DNA of 64,000 nucleotides, from NCBI GenBank assembly GCA_046563655.1, contig CM102289.1:8804001-8868000 (forward strand). The letters are read 5' to 3'. The position numbers were made by a program, and so were the translations under genes. A model generated the notes under the pieces. The model was not told where the DNA came from. It searched no databases and saw only the letters and a program-made list of their open reading frames with translations. This DNA comes from Yuukianura sp. NJ FZ-2021 (lineage: Eukaryota). Shown piece after piece: positions 52,119 through 64,000 of the stretch; position 1 is the first letter of the stretch, and every line of letters begins with the position of its first letter.

Positions 52119-52895
52119 ATGTCCAGCAATCCAGACAGCCCGTTCTCCAGTTCTGAAGATGAGGTTGACCTTGTCTTTCGGGACAAAGACTTCAAGAAGC
52201 ACTGTGTCATACTACAAGGTAAACGTGTATAACAAAACCACTGAAATTATCGATTAAGAATTAAGTTTGCTTGATTGTTAACTTTCCATAGAATTTGACG
52301 GCAAGGGCGTCTTCATATTGCCAAACGAAGAAACTCCATCCGAACCTGTGCTCGGGTTGACGCAAATCATCCACTTCATCCGACGACCTGCTCTGCTCCG
52401 TCATCCACATACAATCAGAGACATTGTCAGACGTTATGTTGTAAGTATTCTACGTTTACCAATTCAATTTCAGATACTTGCGTCAACTCAAATTCCAATC
52501 CAAATCTTCCATTCCAGAAAGACGTGTCAATCTTTGAAGACTCTACGGACAAGATGAACTTAATCACAAGTGTCGGAGTGCGAATTAATTTGGGCGATCC
52601 TCCAAGCACTCTGTTTCAAAACGACGAAACCGTTACGCTGTACTTGCAAAACAGGGAGTATCTTTCTGGAAGAGAAGGTTTAGTACATAACTATTTCTTA
52701 AATTACCAAAATTCTGACCAATCGGTATCAAGTTTGCCTAATTCAGAATCTACGACGTCCGAGACCCAGAAAGTATCATATATAGACTGGTTGATTATCA
52801 CTGGATGTATCGCTTTTCTAACAGTCACTCCTTACGTCCTGTTCTGGCTAATAACAGAAGAAAAACAGGTCATTGCTTCGCTGAAATCTACGTAA
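52119..52895 (+). CDS. Orphan protein (~208 aa) with a C-terminal transmembrane segment, paralog 2
   Basis: Exons 52119-52218, 52292-52440 and 52518-52895 join in frame. TM segment WLIITGCIAFLTVTPYVLFWLI. AATAAA at ~52982. Confidence 0.78.
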
Positions 52896-53032
52896 AGGCA
52901 ACAATTTTCCAACCAGTGTATCCAAGAACATCAAACGTGAAACACAACCGAAAGTATCGCAGACGGGGTTTAAAAGAATTTAATAAAGGATTAATAATCT
53001 TTAGTTTTTGATTAACTACAATTAAAAAAGAT

Positions 53033-57820
<4,788 letters not shown>

Positions 57821-59644
57821 CTTTTAGTCCAAAACAGGGGAAGCTTGGTCTTGGACGCAACACAAAACAGTACAGGCTAAAATAAGTTCTGAAATACCCT
57901 TCCTTTATAAAAACATAAAATGAAACACAACTGTAACATGTTTTAGTTGGAATTGGAAAATCGAAACTTGAATCGTACCTGCTGGCTTATTCGGTTCAAC
58001 TGATGTAACAGTAACGTAGTACTCTTCTAAATCGAATAACCTGCAATGATTCAACACCTAAGTACACTCAATAACGTCAACAATCGTCGGCGACATGAGG
58101 AAGTGAACAACTCTTGCTGTTTTGCAGATTAGAAAGAACAAATTCGCAACTTTTCGTTTTCGTCGTAGTAAACATAAACCAAGAACAGCAAACACTTTCT
58201 CGAAAAAAACATGAAAAATTTTCACTGGTTAGACAAACAGCCACTTTCATTCTCTTCTGCTTTCACCCGGATCGTATATGGGCAGGTTTTGCAGTTCTCA
58301 AAAACTTTTGAATAATATTTAATTTTTAATTTTGAAAACTACAATTAAATTACAATCCATTAAATTTAATTGATTTCCGGATATTTTCGCTTTTATTTTA
58401 TCTTTCACACACTTTCGTCCCACACCTTTGTAAATGTCAATGTACTTAACAAAATCACTGAAAATTAAAAATATGTAATTAAATCAACTTAATTTATGGA
58501 GTCATTAATTTGTTTCAACTTGTTCAACCAATAAAATTTCAACTAAAATGTTCAAAATAACAATAAATTCACACATTCGTACGCTTTGTTTTTTCAAAGA
58601 TGGCTTGCATTTCACCGAGACAGGTAAGAAAAATTTTCAAATCAGAATTTATAATAAGAAATGAAAATTTTTGAACAAACCAATGACTGTTTTTTGGCTT
58701 TGGTAAATTTTGATTTTACTTGAGCACCTCTTTTATGTTTTTAACTAAAAATCATTCGCACCTTGTCGTTTTAAATTCATTTTTGTTGGGGTTTGGGATA
58801 AGGCTAGTTTTGGGTTCTAAATCTACACTGTCATAAATAGGAATTATGTGATTTCTAAACAAGCTAAGGTCAAAGGTACACTTATTATAGCTGCACCTTC
58901 CAGAACATTTACAGGGTTGTTTTTAGGATCACAGGTGAAATGACAACTCGTCTTTTAATTAACTTAGTTAATTACTAACTAATTACTAAGTTAATTACTT
59001 AACATTTAGTAATCTGCTATAGAAAATCCCACAGGGAAACCAAAAATATCAGTTGCCGTTACAAATTACACACATTTTCCATATTTTTGCTTTCTCTTTT
59101 TACACATTTTGATTTCCTCATTTGTTCTTTTTAAGCGCTCGCACTTTGTTCATTCAAAATTTCAAATTTTCAAATTCAGCACCTTCATTTTCAAAAACTT
59201 TGACCTCTCCAGAAAAAATCTCCAGGTATGAAATCCATTGCAAAAGGGTCATGCTAAACCCTAACCTACGTTGAATTAAACTTAAATTTAACTTAATCTT
59301 AATTTGTAACGTTAATTGACTAAATTTTGGTGAACTTTGTTATTAGTGGACTAGTGTTTTCTGACTTGTTCGAAGTTTTATAAGGGTGACAGTTCAGGTT
59401 AAGGTCAACCTTGTGTCTGTCTTGAGTCTTAGAAATAACTATTGCTTTTATTTGTTATTAGGAAAGGCTTTCAAAGGATTTTGGACTTTTACGATCCTAT
59501 CTGATCAATGATCAGTCTTATCTGATCATTGATCGGTGATCAGAGACTGATTGCAGAGCGTAGTTTTTCAATTTCTTTCAAGTTTCTTGTCTTCTTTTGC
59601 AGTCGTTTCACATAAAGTATAATTTTTCAGCAGGTAAAATGTTT

Positions 59645-62600
59645 TCACTTTTTTGATTTTGTAAGTGGTGATGGAACTACAGAAGGAGATTTGATGGGAG
59701 TAACAGATGTCGCCGCTGATGTCGCTCCTGATGTCGTAGCTGATGTCGCTTTCATCGGCTTCACTTCTGGTGTCGTTGGAGATGGACCCGTAATGCTAAC
59801 GCTCACTGACGGAGGTTCTACTACTTGGGGGAGGGGCAGGGGGGCAACAGTTTTGGGGGGTTGGTGCTGTTGAAACTGTGCAGTTACTATGGGCGTCGGA
59901 TCTTTTTGTGGTGGGGCAGAACTCGACCCGCCACCAATTTTCTTCACAGGAGCTGTTTGCCCCGCCGTTGTACCCGCCGCACGTATATTTGCAATGTCAT
60001 TGTATTTGGGCGGTGGTGGGTCAGCCTTAGATGGTGCTGTTGTACTACCGGAATCCAGCGGATGTGATGCACTACTAACTTTTTCAGTTGTGCCGCCGAG
60101 GCTTGACCTCGGTGACCTTGAGATGATCTTGGACTCGGGCGGGGAAGTTTGATTTCGTGGTGCAGGGTCAAATTGAGCAGTTGAGGGGGGAGATGAGTAC
60201 ATAAAGGTCAATGGTTTGGATGTGCTGGGGATTGCTTGATTTGGTGTTACGGGTGTAGTGTTATTTGGTGATTTGGGGTGACGATGATCCAGATTCTCCA
60301 GAGACAGGAAGCAATTTTCAGACTTTGGTCTTGGTAGATTGACTTTGGCTAAAGCCTTCGCCAGGTTCTCGTACTTGTCTTTGTCTTTGTTTTTCGTAAG
60401 TGGAACTTCCTCGAGATCTATTTCGTCGTCTTCATGATCCGCCTGTTCCGAGAGGGCAGTAACTGTAAAGTAACACAAAAGTTTAGAAAAATCAACTTTT
60501 TAAAAATTCATTAAGAAAACGACAAAAAACAAGCTTTGTTTAAGAAACTTCTTACCGATTGCAGAAACGCTTTGATCCTCTCTCGAAGCAGCCACGAGGT
60601 TTGGATTTTTACCAATTTTGTTTAATCTGTTGAACAAAATCGAGAAATTAGCTAAAAGTTGTATTAAATTTTGTGATCCTTTTTGAAAATCGCTCTTTTC
60701 TGTAAAATTTTTGACTTTTTTGTTGTGAAATGGTCCTCTTTTTTGTGAAAGTAAAAATTACGGAAAATCTTTTTAGGAGAGCTAAATCTCAGAACTGAGA
60801 GTTCAGTAGCTTCTGGGTCAAAGGTCATCTGTAATTTCTGACTTTTGTTTGATAAAAAGTGATTTTCCTTGGATCAAACAACGATACAATTGAAGGTATA
60901 ACCAACGGCTTAACAAAAAGTGAAATCTTGGAATTGAAAGAGAAAGCTACCGCGAGGTCTTAAAGCTCTCTGCTCCTTTTAATCTCTTTTTTCATTACAC
61001 TTTGATTAACTTTCACATTTGTTCTCAAGTGTAAAGAAATTGGAAGAGAAACCGCATCAAAAGAAACTCTGTTCTCCACTCCAAAACTTTGGAAAAGGAA
61101 CTGGATTTCTAAAGTGTATCGCAAAAGCTACCCAATCAAAAGTTCAAGAAGAAGGCTTCTCATTCTACATTATTTTCCACAAAGAAAAAAAAACTAGCTG
61201 AGAAAAATACACAAATTTCATAAAAAAAAAAGCTCCGAGAAGTATCAAAATGTTTTATAGAGTGTAATTTTCACTTTTTACGATTTCCCTGCCCAATTTA
61301 ACCTAAATTTTCCGACGTGTATTTATTAGTGCAATTGCCCAAACCACTCACCTCTCGGCTGCAACCGACTCCATCGTTCTCCTCATTAGGGGATACTGGT
61401 CCAGAACGGAATTGAAATGTTCCACACTCAGGGAAAATAGGTTACAGTAAGTCTCTGCCCGCACGCTCGCAACTCTCCTGCAAAAACACAAAAGGAAAAT
61501 TCATCAGCTCAGGAAATCCTGCAAGAAAGCAAGAACTTTCTCCGCCCTTGAAATCTTTTAGAAAAAGACAAAGTCCCTTGGCCGTATTGTCTTTGAAGAT
61601 GAAGGGATGGGAAATTGGAAGATTGAGATGACAGGGATAATGCTCATGCTCCCGCCAAATTTAATATCTTCACTTCTCCAACTCCTCTCCTGCCGCCCAC
61701 GATTTATCGCTCCACTGGCAGCTTACATTCTTCTTTTCAGAAAAAGAAACTGAAGGGGTCAGGCCCTGCACACTTTAAAAGTGACTTTGTCTTTTTTGAA
61801 GTTTCAAAGGCCAAAAGTCCCGCTTTCTCTCCCACTTTCTCTTTTCTAAGAAAGGAATTAGAACCAAGGAGCTAAGCCTAACGTTAGGTTTTAACCAGTG
61901 CTGCTGGATACCCACTTTTTCGACATTTCGTCCAGGGCTGGATATCCAGTGGAAGAAATGGACGAAATGAAGGAATCCAAATGCTTTACCCGAGGGATTT
62001 GAATTAATTAAATACCACAAGTATAAACAAGTCAAAATACCATATAAAAACGAAGGAAATGTTCTTTGTATGAGTTTTAAATAATCAATTTTAACGATGA
62101 AACTAATTTTTTATATAATTTTGTAATTTTGAATTTGAATTTTTTGAATTTCGCGCTAAATTCAAAATTTCTGCCATCCACTAAAAGTTCCATCCATTTC
62201 GGGTGCATTTCTTCCAGTGGATAACCAGTGGAAGTGGCAATTAAGCCACTGGAGTTTTAAGCGTCCAGCAACACTGGTTAGGTTTTAACCTAACAAAAGC
62301 CTAACCTTGCGTTCGTCAGAAGACAAATCTCTCCAAAATAGGATCCATCGGACAGAGATGTTGCCACATCGCCCGAAGCCATCACAATGTCCACAATCCC
62401 TTCCTGGATAAAGTACATTTTGTTGCCAATAGTTCCCTCTTTGATGATTATGTCACCTGGAACGACACAAAAACAAATTTGTTAGGCTAACATTTTCTAA
62501 AAGAAACGATTGAATTCCGTCGATTTTCCGGCAGTTAGGTTTCTCCATAACAGTTTTCCGTTAGGTTGGCAAACTTAAAGCCCCTTATTTATGCAAAAGT

Positions 62601-63963
62601 GGATAGTTTTATATTTTTTTTTTCCTTTTCAGGTTAGGTTTGATTAGGTTAAGAGCATAGTCATGTAATTCTCTCATGGAACGTTAAGATAAGGATTTTG
62701 TTTTCTTCTGGAAAATATTTGCTGACTTTTCTAATGTAATTAGCTTCAGTTCTTCTGAACAAAAAAAAAGTGAAAATGTAGCGAAAGCTCTCATCGCTTC
62801 AAGCGTAGCGCAAAAAAGTTGCTGGAATCCCTGGAAACGCGTAGGCTGTTGTTCCGGGATGAGAATACTTTGCAGTGTTCTCGAAATTTGATTTTTGGTG
62901 GGTTTTAGCTTAGTTTTAGTTTTGGATTATTCCCTTCAGCCCTTCATTATTTCCGCCTGAGGTGACGAGTTAATTAGCACACGGTGAACTTTTTCACCCA
63001 AAAAATTAGCGGGAAGAACATTATTCCCGCTTTTTTTTTGAAACTCGAAACGCGCCATTCTGGAGTTACTTTAGCGTGTTACCTGGCTGGAAGACTTCGT
63101 ACTGGAGTTTCGTGACGACTTCTGACACAAAATCTGGGTCAGCATGGGCAAAGAACGGAACGGATGCAACCAGAGATCGACAGTTGTAGTTTATGACATC
63201 CTGAAAAAAACGAAAAACGACAGTTGCAAAAACAAACGAAAAATTTTTCTGTTTTAAAAAAAAACTGTTCCAAAAAAGAAGAAAGTTTTCTGTTTCTGTT
63301 GTTTTGTCCAAAAAGAGCAATTTCAAATCAATAGACACTCCTAGTGACTTTCTCCTGCTTTCCCCCATTTGAATTTCTCCACACCCCACTTTATAGCCTA
63401 AGGCAAGAGTAACGTTAGAGATCGATCTTTGTGAGAACTGCTGAGCTTGTGCCGAATGTTCTTTTATCTACACAGTAGAATACTTCCCCAGCACATTTCT
63501 CATTTTGTACAGAACAAAAGGCTTCCGTTTTTATTCAAAACCAAGCACATTTGGCGCTGATTTTTCCAATTCTGATATTTTTTCTGGTGTGACAGGTGCG
63601 TATCAGTTCCAGAAGACAAAAAAAGACAACGGAAGCTTTTTTAGCAAGGAGCCGCATGCTGTGCGTCTCATACTAAATATACCTTAAAATATATTATATA
63701 CTTCATATGTATTGTGATACACTTTGTACATATACTTACCTCCCGTAGTTTCTCTGACAGTTCGCCCAGTATGGCATCCTCGTCAAAGAATTTCCCTTGG
63801 TAGCGATGCTCAAAGTACTCCGTGATTCGAGCCTAGGAAGAAACATATTTAAATATGACAAGAATAAAGAAATATTATAATATGTAAATATGCCTAGCAA
63901 TATTCATACCCGCATATTTCTTGGAAGTTTGCGATATGCCATGTACTCTTCCACTTGCTTCAG
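59645..63963 (-). CDS. Ih: Hyperpolarization-activated cyclic nucleotide-gated channel (HCN/Ih), 3' part: C-linker, CNBD and C-terminal tail; 5' part lies beyond the window
   Basis: Exons 63963-63910, 63832-63740, 63200-63083, 62456-62306, 61477-61352, 60626-60556 and 60462-59645. Sequence includes [58 protein letters not shown] and [31 protein letters not shown]. Confidence 0.96.
61896..62276. mobile_element. 381-bp CAGTG...CACTG non-autonomous element in an HCN intron
   Basis: TIR CAGTGCTGCTGGA / TCCAGCAACACTG (1 mismatch), subterminal CCAGTGGA repeats, and a flanking direct repeat GTTAGGTTTTAAC (61883-61895 and 62277-62289). Confidence 0.75.
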
Positions 63964-64000
63964 CTAGAAAACGATGACAGAGAAACAAAAAAGATATTAA

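Overview
AT-rich, intron-containing eukaryotic genomic DNA, not prokaryotic. It is most likely an arthropod (TTAGG motifs, a YGAPP cuticle-type gene and mostly 50-100 nt GT-AG introns). A compact hexapod genome such as a springtail is an inference only. Gene models were spliced by hand. From left to right: an unidentified membrane-protein gene (-); two tandem ZnT1/SLC30A1-like zinc exporters (+); an SMG5-like NMD factor (-); a secreted YGAPP-repeat structural protein (-); a tandem pair of small orphan genes duplicated with their promoters (+); frataxin (+), followed only 31 bp later by a KIAA0825/DUF4495-like gene (+); ELL/Su(Tpl) with a 16.5 kb second intron (+); two divergent paralogous tail-anchored orphan genes (+); DHX8/Prp22 (-); and the 3' part of an HCN/Ih channel gene (-), cut by the window end. 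Introns carry several MITE families with readable TIRs and TSDs, including one nested insertion, and there are two tRNA-derived elements. No CRISPR, rRNA or intact tRNA was seen. No new system is demonstrated by the sequence alone. The best candidates are the frataxin/KIAA0825 coupling (dicistronic or shared-exon), the two orphan gene pairs, the uORF-rich SMG5 leader and the TTAGG-carrying MITEs.
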